DNA of 64,000 bases from Eledone cirrhosa (Eukaryota): assembly GCA_964016885.1 (NCBI GenBank), contig OZ024759.1, positions 6,014,001 to 6,078,000 on the forward strand, written 5' to 3'. Position 1 is the stretch's first letter; each line of letters begins with the position of its first letter. The notes beneath the pieces are model-generated. The model was not told the DNA's origin. It ran no database searches and saw only the letters and a program-made list of their open reading frames with translations. The position numbers and the translations under genes were made by a program. Below, piece by piece: positions 1-13,000 of the stretch.

Positions 1-2819
1 TGAGAATTCATTTAAGTTCATGGTATTAGCTGTCAGAAGTAACTCCACTGTTGGTGAGAATTCATTTAAGTTCATGGTATTAGCTGTCAGAAGTAACTCC
101 ACTGTTGGTGAGAATTCATTTAAGTTCATGGTACTAGCTGTCAGAAGTAACTCCACTGTTGGTGAGAATTCATTTAAGTTCATGGTACTAGCTGTCAGAA
201 GGAACTCCACTGTTGGTGAGAATTCATTTAAGTTCATGGTATTAGCTGTCAGAAGTCACTCCACTGTTGGTGAGAATTCATTTAAGTTCATGGTATTAGC
301 TGTCAGAAGTAACTCGACTGTTGGTGAGAATTCATTTAAGTTCATGGTATTAGCTGTCAGAAGTCACTCCACTGTTGGTGAGAATTCATTTAAGTTCATG
401 GTATTAGCTGTCAGAAGTAACTCCACTGTTGGTGAGAATTTATTTAAGTTCATGGTACTAGCTGTCAGAAGTAACTCCACTGTTGGTGAGAATTCATTTA
501 AGTTCATGGTATTAGCTGTCAGAAGTAACTCCACTGTTGGTGAGAATTCATTTAAGTCATGGTATTAGCTGTCAGAAGTAACTCCATTGTTGGTGAGAAT
601 TCATTTAAGTCATGGTACTAGCTGTCAGAAGTAACTCCACTGTTGGTGAGAATTCATTTAATTTCATGGTACTAGCTGTCAGAAGTAACTCCACTGTTGG
701 TGAGAATTCATTTAAGTTCATGGTACTAGCTGTCAGAAGTAACTCCACTGTTGGTGAGAATTCATTTAAGTTCATGGTACTAGCTGTCAGAAGTAACTCT
801 ACTGTTGGTGAGAATTCATTTAAGTTCATGGTATTAGCTGTCAGAAGTAACTCCACTGTTGGTGAGAATTCATTTAAGTTCATGGTATTAGCTGTCAGAA
901 GTAACTCCACTGTTGGTGAGAATTCATTTAAGTTCATGGTACTAGCTGTCAGAAGTAACTCCACTGTTGGTGAGAATTCATTTAAGTTCATGGTACTAGC
1001 TGTCAGAAGTAACCCCAATGTTGGTGAGAATTCATTTAAGTTCATGGTATTAACTGTCAGAAGTCACTCCACTGTTGGTGAGAATTCATTTAAGTTCATG
1101 GTATTAGCTGTCAGAAGTAACTCCACTGTTGGTGAGAATTCATTTAAGTTCATGGTATTAGCTGTCAGAAGTAACTCCACTGTTGGTGAGAATTCCTTTA
1201 AGTTCATGGTATTAGCTGTCAGAAGTAACTCCACTGTTGGTGAGAATTCATTTAAGTTCATGGTACTAGCTGTCAGAAGTAACTCCACTGTTGGTGAGAA
1301 TTCATTTAAGTTCATGGTATTAGCTGTCAGAAGTAACTCCACTGTTGGTGAGAATTCATTTAAGGCATGGTATTAGCTGTCAGAAGTAACTCCATTGTTG
1401 GTGAGAATTCATTTAAGTCATGGTACTAGCTGTCAGAAGTAACTCCACTGTTGGTGAGAATTCATTTAAGTTCATGGTACTAGCTGTCAGAAGTAACTCC
1501 ACTGTTGGTGAGAATTCATTTAAGTTCATGGTACTAGCTGTCAGAAGTAACTCCACTGTTGGTGAGAATTCATTTAAGTTCATGGTACTAGCTGTCAGAA
1601 GTAACTCCAATGTTGGTGAGAATTCATTTAAATTCATGGTATTAGCTGTCAGAAGTAACTCCACTGTTGGTGAGAATTCATTTAAGTTCATGGTACTAGC
1701 TGTCAGAAGCAACTCCACTGTTGGTGAGAATTCATTTAAGTTCATGGTATTAGCTGTCAGAAGTAACTCCACTGTTGGTGAGAATTCATTTAAGTACATG
1801 GTACTAGCAGTCAGAAGTAACCCCAATGTTGGTGAGAATTCATTTAAGTTCATGGTATTAGCTGTCAGAAGTCACTCCAATGTTGGTGAGAATTCATTTA
1901 AGTTCATGGTATTAGCTGTCAGAAGTCACTCCACTGTTGGTGAGAATTCATTTAAGTTCATGGTACTAGCTGTCAGAAGTAACCCCAATGTTGGTGAGAA
2001 TTCATTTAAGTTCATGGTATTAGCTGTCAGAAGTCACTCCAATGTTGGTGAGAATTCATTTAAGTTCATGGTATTAGCTGTCAGAAGTAACTCCACTGTT
2101 GGTGAGAATTCATTTAAGTTCATGGTATTAGCTGTCAGAAGTAACTCCACTGTTGGTGAGAATTCATTTAAGTTCATGGTATTAGCTGTCAGAAGGAACT
2201 CCAATGTTGGTGAGAATTCATTTAAGTCATGGTACTAGCTGTCAGAAGTAACTCCACTGTTGGTGAGAATTCATTTAAGTTCATGGTATTAGCTGTCAGA
2301 AGGAACGCCACTGTTGGTGAGAATTCATTTAAGTTCATGGTATTAGCTGTCAGAAGTAACTCCACTGTTGGTGAGAATTCATTTAAGTTCATGGTACTAG
2401 CTGTCAGAAGTAACTCCAATGTTGGTGAGAATTCATTTAAGTTCATGGTATTAGCTGTCAGAAGGAACTCCACTGTTGGTGAGAATTCATTTAAGTTCAT
2501 GGTATTAGCTGTCAGACGTAACTCCACTGTTGGTGAGAATTCATTTAAGTTCATGGTACTAGTTGTCAGAAGTAACTCCACTGTTGGTGAGAATTCATTT
2601 AAGTTCATGGTATTAGTTGTCAGAAGTAACTCCACTGTTGGTGAGAATTCATTTAAGTCATGGTATTAGTTGTCAGAAGTAACTCCAATGTTGTTGAGAA
2701 TTCATTTAAGTTCATGGTACTAGCTGTCAGAAGTAACTCCACTGTTGGTGAGAATTTATTTAAGTTCATGGTATTAGCTGTCAGAAATCACTCTACTGTT
2801 GGTGAGAATTCATTTAAGT

Positions 2820-5800
2820 CATGGTATTAGCTGTCAGAAGTAACTCCATTGTTGGTGAGAATTCATTTAAGTCATGGTACTAGCTGTCAGAAGTAACTCC
2901 ACTGTTGGTGAGAATTCATTTAAGTCGATGGTATTAGCTGTCAGAAGGAACTCCACTGTTGGTGAGAATTCATTTAAGTTCATGGTACTAGCTGTCAGAA
3001 GTAACTCCACTGTTGGTGAGAATTCATTTAAGTTCATGGTATTAGTTTGTCAGAAGTAACTCCACTGTTGGTGAGAATTCATTTAAGTCATGGTATTAGT
3101 TGTCAGAAGTAACTCCAATGTTGGTGAGAATTCATTTAAGTCATGGTACTAGCTGTCAGAAGTAACTCCAATGTTTGTGAGAATTCATTTAAGTTCATGG
3201 TATTAGCTGTCAGAAGGAACTCCACTGTTGGTGAGAATTCATTTATGTTCATGGTATTAGCTGTCAGAAGTAACTCCACTGTTGGTGAGAATTCATTTAA
3301 GTTCATGGTACTAGCTGTCAGAAGTAACTCCAATGTTGGTGAGAATTCATTTAAGTTCATGGTATTAGCTGTCAGAAGTAACTCCACTGTTGGTGAGAAT
3401 TCATTTAAGTCATGGTATTAGCTGTCAGAAGTAACTCCAATGTTGGTGAGAATTCATTTAAGTTCATGGTATTAGCTGTCAGAAGTAACTCCACTGTTGG
3501 TGAGAATTCATTTAAGTTCATGGTATTAGCTGTCAGAAGTAACTCCACTGTTGGTGAGAATTCATTTAAGTTCATGGTACTAGCTGTCAGAAGTGACTCC
3601 ACTGTTGGTGAGAATTCATTTAAGTTCATGGTATTAGTTTGTCAGAAGTAACTCCACTGTTGGTGAGAATTCATTTAAGTCATGGTATTAGTTGTCAGAA
3701 GTAACTCCAATGTTGGTGAGAATTCATTTAAGTCATGGTACTAGCTGTCAGAAGTAACTCCACTGTTGGTGAGAATTCATTTAAGTCATGGTACTAGCTG
3801 TCAGAAGTAACTCCACTGTTGGTGAGAATTCATTTAAGTTCATGGTATTAGCTGTCAGAAGGAACTCCACTGTTGGTGAGAATTCATTTAAGTTCATGGT
3901 ATTAGCTGTCAGAAGTAACTCCACTGTTGGTGAGAATTCATTTAAGTTCATGGTTCTAGCTGTCAGAAGTAACTCCAATGTTGGTGAGAATTCATTTAAG
4001 TTCATGGTATTAGCTGTCAGAAGTAACTCCACTGTTGGTGAGAATTCATTTAAGTTCATGGTATTAGCTGTCAGAAGTAACTCCACTGTTGGTGAGAATT
4101 CATTTAAGTTCATGGTACTAGCTGTCAGAAGTAACTCCACTGTTGGTGAGAATTCATTTAAGTTCAGGGTATTAGTTGTCAGAAGTAACTCCACTGTTGG
4201 TGAGAATTCATTTAAGTTCATGGTATTAGCTGTCAGAAGTAACTCCACTGTTGGTGAGAATTCATTTAAGTCATGGTATTAGCTGTCAGAAGTAACTCCA
4301 TTGTTGGTGAGAATTCATTTAAGTTCATGGTACTAGCTGTCAGAAGTAACTCAACTGTTGGTGAGAATTCATTTAAGTTCATGGTACTAGCTGTCAGAAG
4401 TAACTCCACTGTTGGTGAGAATTCATTTAAGTTCATGGTATTAGCTGTCAGAAGTAACTCCACTGTTGGTGAGAATTCATTTAAGTTCATGGTACTAGCT
4501 GTCAAAAGTAACCCCAATGTTGGTGAGAATTCATTTAAGTTCATGGTATTAGCTGTCAGAAGTCACTCCAATGTTGGTGAGAATTCATTTAAGTTCATGG
4601 TATTAGCTGTCAGAAGTCACTCCACTGTTGGTGAGAATTCATTTAAGTTCATGGTACTAGCTGTCAGAAGTAACCCCAATGTTGGTGAGAATTCATTTAA
4701 GTTCATGGTATTAGCTGTCAGAAGTCACTCCAATGTTGGTGAGAATTCATTTAAGTTCATGGTATTAGCTGTCAGAAGTCACTCCAATGTTGGTGAGAAT
4801 TCATTTAAGTTCATGGTATTAGCTGTCAGAAGTCACTCCACTGTTGGTGAGAATTCATTTAAGTTCATGGTACTAGCTGTCAGAAGTAACCCCAATGTTG
4901 GTGAGAATTCATTTAAGTTCATGGTATTAGCTGTCAGAAGTAACTCCAATGTTGGTGAGAATTCATTTAAGTTCATGGTATTAGCTGTCAGAAGTCACTC
5001 CAATGTTGGTGAGAATTCATTTAAGTTCATGGTACTAGCTGTCAGAAGTAACTCCACTGTTGGTGAGAATTCATTTAAGTTCATGGTACTAGCTGTCAGA
5101 AGTAACTCCACTGTTGGTGAGAATTCATTTAAGTTCATGGTATTAGCTGTCAGAAGTAACTCCAATGTTGGTGAGAATTCATTTAAGTTCATGGTATTAG
5201 CTGTCAGAAGTCACTCCAATGTTGGTGAGAATTCATTTAAGTTCATGGTACTAGCTGTCAGAAGTAACTCCACTGTTGGTGAGAATTCATTTAAGTCATG
5301 GTATTAGTTGTCAGAAGTAACTCCAATGTTGGTGAGAATTCATTTAAGTCATGGTACTAGCTGTCAGAAGTAACTCCAATGTTTGTGAGAATTCATTTAA
5401 GTTCATGGTATTAGCTGTCAGAAGGAACTCCACTGTTGGTGAGAATTCATTTATGTTCATGGTATTAGCTGTCAGAAGTAACTCCACTGTTGGTGAGAAT
5501 TCATTTAAGTTCATGGTACTAGCTGTCAGAAGTAACTCCAATGTTGGTGAGAATTCATTTAAGTTCATGGTATTAGCTGTCAGAAGTAACTCCACTGTTG
5601 GTGAGAATTCATTTAAGTCATGGTATTAGCTGTCAGAAGTAACTCCAATGTTGGTGAGAATTCATTTAAGTTCATGGTATTAGCTGTCAGAAGTAACTCC
5701 ACTGTTGGTGAGAATTCATTTAAGTTCATGGTATTAGCTGTCAGAAGTAACTCCACTGTTGGTGAGAATTCATTTAAGTTCATGGTACTAGCTGTCAGAA

Positions 5801-8800
5801 GTGACTCCACTGTTGGTGAGAATTCATTTAAGTTCATGGTATTAGTTTGTCAGAAGTAACTCCACTGTTGGTGAGAATTCATTTAAGTCATGGTATTAGT
5901 TGTCAGAAGTAACTCCAATGTTGGTGAGAATTCATTTAAGTCATGGTACTAGCTGTCAGAAGTAACTCCACTGTTGGTGAGAATTCATTTAAGTCATGGT
6001 ACTAGCTGTCAGAAGTAACTCCACTGTTGGTGAGAATTCATTTAAGTTCATGGTATTAGCTGTCAGAAGGAACTCCACTGTTGGTGAGAATTCATTTAAG
6101 TTCATGGTATTAGCTGTCAGAAGTAACTCCACTGTTGGTGAGAATTCATTTAAGTTCATGGTTCTAGCTGTCAGAAGTAACTCCAATGTTGGTGAGAATT
6201 CATTTAAGTTCATGGTATTAGCTGTCAGAAGTAACTCCACTGTTGGTGAGAATTCATTTAAGTTCATGGTATTAGCTGTCAGAAGTAACTCCACTGTTGG
6301 TGAGAATTCATTTAAGTTCATGGTACTAGCTGTCAGAAGTAACTCCACTGTTGGTGAGAATTCATTTAAGTTCAGGGTATTAGTTGTCAGAAGTAACTCC
6401 ACTGTTGGTGAGAATTCATTTAAGTTCATGGTATTAGCTGTCAGAAGTAACTCCACTGTTGGTGAGAATTCATTTAAGTCATGGTATTAGCTGGCAGAAG
6501 TAACTCCATTGTTGGTGAGAATTCATTTAAGTCATGGTACTAGCTGTCAGAAGTAACTCCACTGTTGGTGAGAATTCATTTAAGTCGATGGTATTAGCTG
6601 TCAGAAGGAACTCCACTGTTGGTGAGAATTCATTTAAGTTCATGGTACTAGCTGTCAGAAGTAACTCCACTGTTGGTGAGAATTCATTTAAGTTCATGGT
6701 ATTAGTTTGTCAGAAGTAACTCCACTGTTGGTGAGAATTCATTTAAGTCATGGTATTAGTTGTCAGAAGTAACTCCAATGTTGGTGAGAATTCATTTAAG
6801 TCATGGTACTAGCTGTCAGAAGTAACTCCAATGTTTGTGAGAATTCATTTAAGTTCATGGTATTAGCTGTCAGAAGGAACTCCACTGTTGGTGAGAATTC
6901 ATTTATGTTCATGGTATTAGCTGTCAGAAGTAACTCCACTGTTGGTGAGAATTCATTTAAGTTCATGGTACTAGCTGTCAGAAGTAACTCCAATGTTGGT
7001 GAGAATTCATTTAAGTTCATGGTATTAGCTGTCAGAAGTAACTCCACTGTTGGTGAGAATTCATTTAAGTCATGGTATTAGCTGTCAGAAGTAACTCCAA
7101 TGTTGGTGAGAATTCATTTAAGTTCATGGTATTAGCTGTCAGAAGTAACTCCACTGTTGGTGAGAATTCATTTAAGTTCATGGTATTAGCTGTCAGAAGT
7201 AACTCCACTGTTGGTGAGAATTCATTTAAGTTCATGGTACTAGCTGTCAGAAGTGACTCCACTGTTGGTGAGAATTCATTTAAGTTCATGGTATTAGTTT
7301 GTCAGAAGTAACTCCACTGTTGGTGAGAATTCATTTAAGTCATGGTATTAGTTGTCAGAAGTAACTCCAATGTTGGTGAGAATTCATTTAAGTCATGGTA
7401 CTAGCTGTCAGAAGTAACTCCACTGTTGGTGAGAATTCATTTAAGTCATGGTACTAGCTGTCAGAAGTAACTCCACTGTTGGTGAGAATTCATTTAAGTT
7501 CATGGTATTAGCTGTCAGAAGGAACTCCACTGTTGGTGAGAATTCATTTAAGTTCATGGTATTAGCTGTCAGAAGTAACTCCACTGTTGGTGAGAATTCA
7601 TTTAAGTTCATGGTTCTAGCTGTCAGAAGTAACTCCAATGTTGGTGAGAATTCATTTAAGTTCATGGTATTAGCTGTCAGAAGTAACTCCACTGTTGGTG
7701 AGAATTCATTTAAGTTCATGGTATTAGCTGTCAGAAGTAACTCCACTGTTGGTGAGAATTCATTTAAGTTCATGGTACTAGCTGTCAGAAGTAACTCCAC
7801 TGTTGGTGAGAATTCATTTAAGTTCAGGGTATTAGTTGTCAGAAGTAACTCCACTGTTGGTGAGAATTCATTTAAGTTCATGGTATTAGCTGTCAGAAGT
7901 AACTCCACTGTTGGTGAGAATTCATTTAAGTCATGGTATTAGCTGTCAGAAGTAACTCCATTGTTGGTGAGAATTCATTTAAGTTCATGGTACTAGCTGT
8001 CAGAAGTAACTCAACTGTTGGTGAGAATTCATTTAAGTTCATGGTACTAGCTGTCAGAAGTAACTCCACTGTTGGTGAGAATTCATTTAAGTTCATGGTA
8101 TTAGCTGTCAGAAGTAACTCCACTGTTGGTGAGAATTCATTTAAGTTCATGGTACTAGCTGTCAAAAGTAACCCCAATGTTGGTGAGAATTCATTTAAGT
8201 TCATGGTATTAGCTGTCAGAAGTCACTCCAATGTTGGTGAGAATTCATTTAAGTTCATGGTATTAGCTGTCAGAAGTCACTCCACTGTTGGTGAGAATTC
8301 ATTTAAGTTCATGGTACTAGCTGTCAGAAGTAACCCCAATGTTGGTGAGAATTCATTTAAGTTCATGGTATTAGCTGTCAGAAGTCACTCCAATGTTGGT
8401 GAGAATTCATTTAAGTTCATGGTATTAGCTGTCAGAAGTCACTCCAATGTTGGTGAGAATTCATTTAAGTTCATGGTATTAGCTGTCAGAAGTCACTCCA
8501 CTGTTGGTGAGAATTCATTTAAGTTCATGGTACTAGCTGTCAGAAGTAACCCCAATGTTGGTGAGAATTCATTTAAGTTCATGGTATTAGCTGTCAGAAG
8601 TAACTCCAATGTTGGTGAGAATTCATTTAAGTTCATGGTATTAGCTGTCAGAAGTCACTCCAATGTTGGTGAGAATTCATTTAAGTTCATGGTACTAGCT
8701 GTCAGAAGTAACTCCACTGTTGGTGAGAATTCATTTAAGTTCATGGTACTAGCTGTCAGAAGTAACTCCACTGTTGGTGAGAATTCATTTAAGTTCATGG

Positions 8801-10040
8801 TATTAGCTGTCAGAAGTAACTCCAATGTTGGTGAGAATTCATTTAAGTTCATGGTATTAGCTGCCAGAAGTCACTCCAATGTTGGTGAGAATTCATTTAA
8901 GTTCATGGTACTAGCTGTCAGAAGTAACTCCACTGTTGGTGAGAATTCATTTAAGTCATGGTATTAGTTGTCAGAAGTAACTCCAATGTTGGTGAGAATT
9001 CATTTAAGTCATGGTACTAGCTGTCAGAAGTAACTCCACTGTTGGTGAGAATTCATTTAAGTTCATGGTACTAGCTGTCAGAAGTAACTCCAATGTTGGT
9101 GAGAATTCATTTAAGTTCATGGTATTAGCTGTCAGAAGTAACTCCACTGTTGGTGAGAATTCATTTAAGTCATGGTATTAGCTGTCAGAAGTAACTCCAA
9201 TGTTGGTGAGAATTCATTTAAGTTCATGGTATTAGCTGTCAGAAGTAACTCCACTGTTGGTGAGAATTCATTTAAGTTCATGGTATTAGCTGTCAGAAGT
9301 AACTCCACTGTTGGTGAGAATTCATTTAAGTTCATGGTACTAGCTGTCAGAAGTGACTCCACTGTTGGTGAGAATTCATTTAAGTTCATGGTATTAGTTT
9401 GTCAGAAGTAACTCCACTGTTGGTGAGAATTCATTTAAGTCATGGTATTAGTTGTCAGAAGTAACTCCAATGTTGGTGAGAATTCATTTAAGTCATGGTA
9501 CTAGCTGTCAGAAGTAACTCCACTGTTGGTGAGAATTCATTTAAGTCATGGTACTAGCTGTCAGAAGTAACTCCACTGTTGGTGAGAATTCATTTAAGTT
9601 CATGGTATTAGCTGTCAGAAGGAACTCCACTGTTGGTGAGAATTCATTTAAGTTCATGGTATTAGCTGTCAGAAGTAACTCCACTGTTGGTGAGAATTCA
9701 TTTAAGTTCATGGTTCTAGCTGTCAGAAGTAACTCCAATGTTGGTGAGAATTCATTTAAGTTCATGGTATTAGCTGTCAGAAGTAACTCCACTGTTGGTG
9801 AGAATTCATTTAAGTTCATGGTATTAGCTGTCAGAAGTAACTCCACTGTTGGTGAGAATTCATTTAAGTTCATGGTACTAGCTGTCAGAAGTAACTCCAC
9901 TGTTGGTGAGAATTCATTTAAGTTCAGGGTATTAGTTGTCAGAAGTAACTCCACTGTTGGTGAGAATTCATTTAAGTTCATGGTATTAGCTGTCAGAAGT
10001 AACTCCACTGTTGGTGAGAATTCATTTAAGTCATGGTATT
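2820..10040 (+). repeat. Nested block duplications within the satellite (offsets 2208, 3660, 5760 bp)
   Basis: Rare marker AAGTCGATG at 2922 and 6582 (offset 3660). Identical ORF-track blocks at 3412/5620/7072/9172 and 3788/5996/7448/9548 share the markers GTGACTCC, GGTTCTAG and TTCAGGGT. Confidence 0.88.
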
Positions 10041-13000
10041 AGCTGTCAGAAGTAACTCCATTGTTGGTGAGAATTCATTTAAGTCATGGTACTAGCTGTC
10101 AGAAGTAACTCCACTGTTGGTGAGAATTCATTTAAGTTCATGGTACTAGCTGTCAGAAGTAACTCAACTGTTGGTGAGAATTCATTTAAGTTCATGGTAC
10201 TAGCTGTCAGAAGTAACTCCACTGTTGGTGAGAATTCATTTAAGTTCATGGTATTAGCTGTCAGAAGTAACTCCACTGTTGGTGAGAATTCATTTAAGTT
10301 CATGGTACTAGCTGTCAAAAGTAACCCCAATGTTGGTGAGAATTCATTTAAGTTCATGGTATTAGCTGTCAGAAGTCACTCCAATGTTGGTGAGAATTCA
10401 TTTAAGTTCATGATATTAGCTGTCAGAAGTCACTCCACTGTTGGTGAGAATTCATTTAAGTTCATGGTACTAGCTGTCAGAAGTAACCCCAATGTTGGTG
10501 AGAATTCATTTAAGTTCATGGTATTAGCTGTCAGAAGTCACTCCAATGTTGGTGAGAATTCATTTAAGTTCATGGTATTAGCTGTCAGAAGTCACTCCAA
10601 TGTTGGTGAGAATTCATTTAAGTTCATGGTATTAGCTGTCAGAAGTCACTCCACTGTTGGTGAGAATTCATTTAAGTTCATGGTACTAGCTGTCAGAAGT
10701 AACCCCAATGTTGGTGAGAATTCATTTAAGTTCATGGTATTAGCTGTCAGAAGTAACTCCAATGTTGGTGAGAATTCATTTAAGTTCATGGTATTAGCTG
10801 TCAGAAGTCACTCCAATGTTGGTGAGAATTCATTTAAGTTCATGGTACTAGCTGTCAGAAGTAACTCCACTGTTGGTGAGAATTCATTTAAGTTCATGGT
10901 ACTAGCTGTCAGAAGTAACTCCACTGTTGGTGAGAATTCATTTAAGTTCATGGTATTAGCTGTCAGAAGTAACTCCAATGTTGGTGAGAATTCATTTAAG
11001 TTCATGGTATTAGCTGTCAGAAGTCACTCCAATGTTGGTGAGAATTCATTTAAGTTCATGGTACTAGCTGTCAGAAGTAACTCCACTGTTGGTGAGAATT
11101 CATTTAAGTTCATGGTACTAGCTGTCAGAAGTAACTCCACTGTTGGTGAGAATTCATTTAAGTTCATGGTACTAGCTGTCAGAAGTAACCCCAATGTTGG
11201 TGAGAATTCATTTAAGTTCATGGTATTAGCTGTCAGAAGTCACTCCAATGTTGGTGAGAATTCATTTAAGTTCATGGTATTAGCTGTCAGAAGTCACTCC
11301 AATGTTGGTGAGAATTCATTTAAGTTCATGGTACTAGCTGTCAGAAGTAACTCCACTGTTGGTGAGAATTCATTTAAGTTCATGGTATTAGCTGTCAGAA
11401 GTCACTCCACTGTTGGTGAGAATTCATTTAAGTTCATGGTACTAGCTGTCAGAAGTAACCCCAATGTTGGTGAGAATTCATTTAAGTTCATGGTATTAGC
11501 TGTCAGAAGTCACTCCAATGTTGGTGAGAATTCATTTAAGTTCATGGTATTAGCTGTCAGAAGTCACTCCAATGTTGGTGAGAATTCATTTAAGTTCATG
11601 GTATTAGCTGTCAGAAGTCCCTCCACTGTTGGTGAGAATTCATTTAAGTTCATGGTACTAGCTGTCAGAAGTAACCCCAATGTTGGTGAGAATTCATTTA
11701 AGTTCATGGTATTAGCTGTCAGAAGTCACTCCACTGTTGGTGAGAATTCATTTAAGTTCATGGTATTAGCTGTCAGAAGTAACTCCACAGTTGGTGAGAA
11801 TTCATTTAAGTTCATGGTATTAGCTGTCAGAAGTAACTCCACTGTTGGTCAGAATTCATTTAAGTTCATGGTATTAGCTGTCAGAAGGAACTCCAATGTT
11901 GGTGAGAATTCATTTAAGTCATGGTACTAGCTGTCAGAAGTAACTCCACTGTTGGTGAGAATTCATTTAAGTTCATGGTATTAGCTGTCAGAAGGAACGC
12001 CACTGTTGGTGAGAATTCATTTAAGTTCATGGTATTAGCTGTCAGAAGTAACTCCACTGTTGGTGAGAATTCATTGAAGTTCATGGTACTAGCTGTCAGA
12101 AGTAACTCCAATGTTGGTGAGAATTCATTTAAGTTCATGGTATTAGCTGTCAGAAGGAACTCCACTGTTGGTGAGAATTCATTTAAGTTCATGGTATTAG
12201 CTGTCAGAAGTAACTCCACTGTTGGTGAGAATTCATTTAAGTTCATGGTACTAGTTGTCAGAAGTAACTCCACTGTTGGTGAGAATTCATTTAAGTTCAT
12301 GGTACTAGCTGTCAGAAGTAACTCCACTGTTGGTGAGAATTCATTTAAGTTCATGGTATTAGCTGTCAGAAGTAACTCCACTGTTGGTGAGAATTCATTT
12401 AAGTCATGGTATTAGCTGTCAGAAGTAACTCCATTGTTGGTGAGAATTCATTTAAGTCATGGTACTAGATATCAGAAGTAACTCCACTGTTGGTGAGAAT
12501 TCATTTAAGTTCATGGTATTAGCTGTCAGAAGGAACTCCACTGTTGGTGAGAATTCATTTAAGTTCATGGTACTAGCTGTCAGAAGTAACTCCACTGTTG
12601 GTGAGAATTCTTTTAAGTTCATGGTATTAGTTTGTCAGAAGTAACTCCACTGTTGGTGTGAATTCATTGAAGTCATGGTATTAGTTGTCAGAAGTAACTC
12701 CAATGTTGGTGAGAATTCATTTAAGTCATGGTACTAGCTGTCAGAAGTAACTCCAATGTTTGTGAGAATTCATTTCAGTTCATGGTATTAGCTGTCAGAA
12801 GGAACTCCACTGTTGGTGAGAATTCATTTAAGTTCATGGTATTAGCTGTCAGAAGTAACTCCACTGTTGGTGAGAATTCATTTAAGTTCATGGTACTAGC
12901 TGTCAGAAGTAACTCCACTGTTGGTGAGAATTCATTTAAGTTCAGGGTATTAGTTGTCAGAAGTAACTCCACTGTTGGTGAGAATTCATTTAAGTTCATG

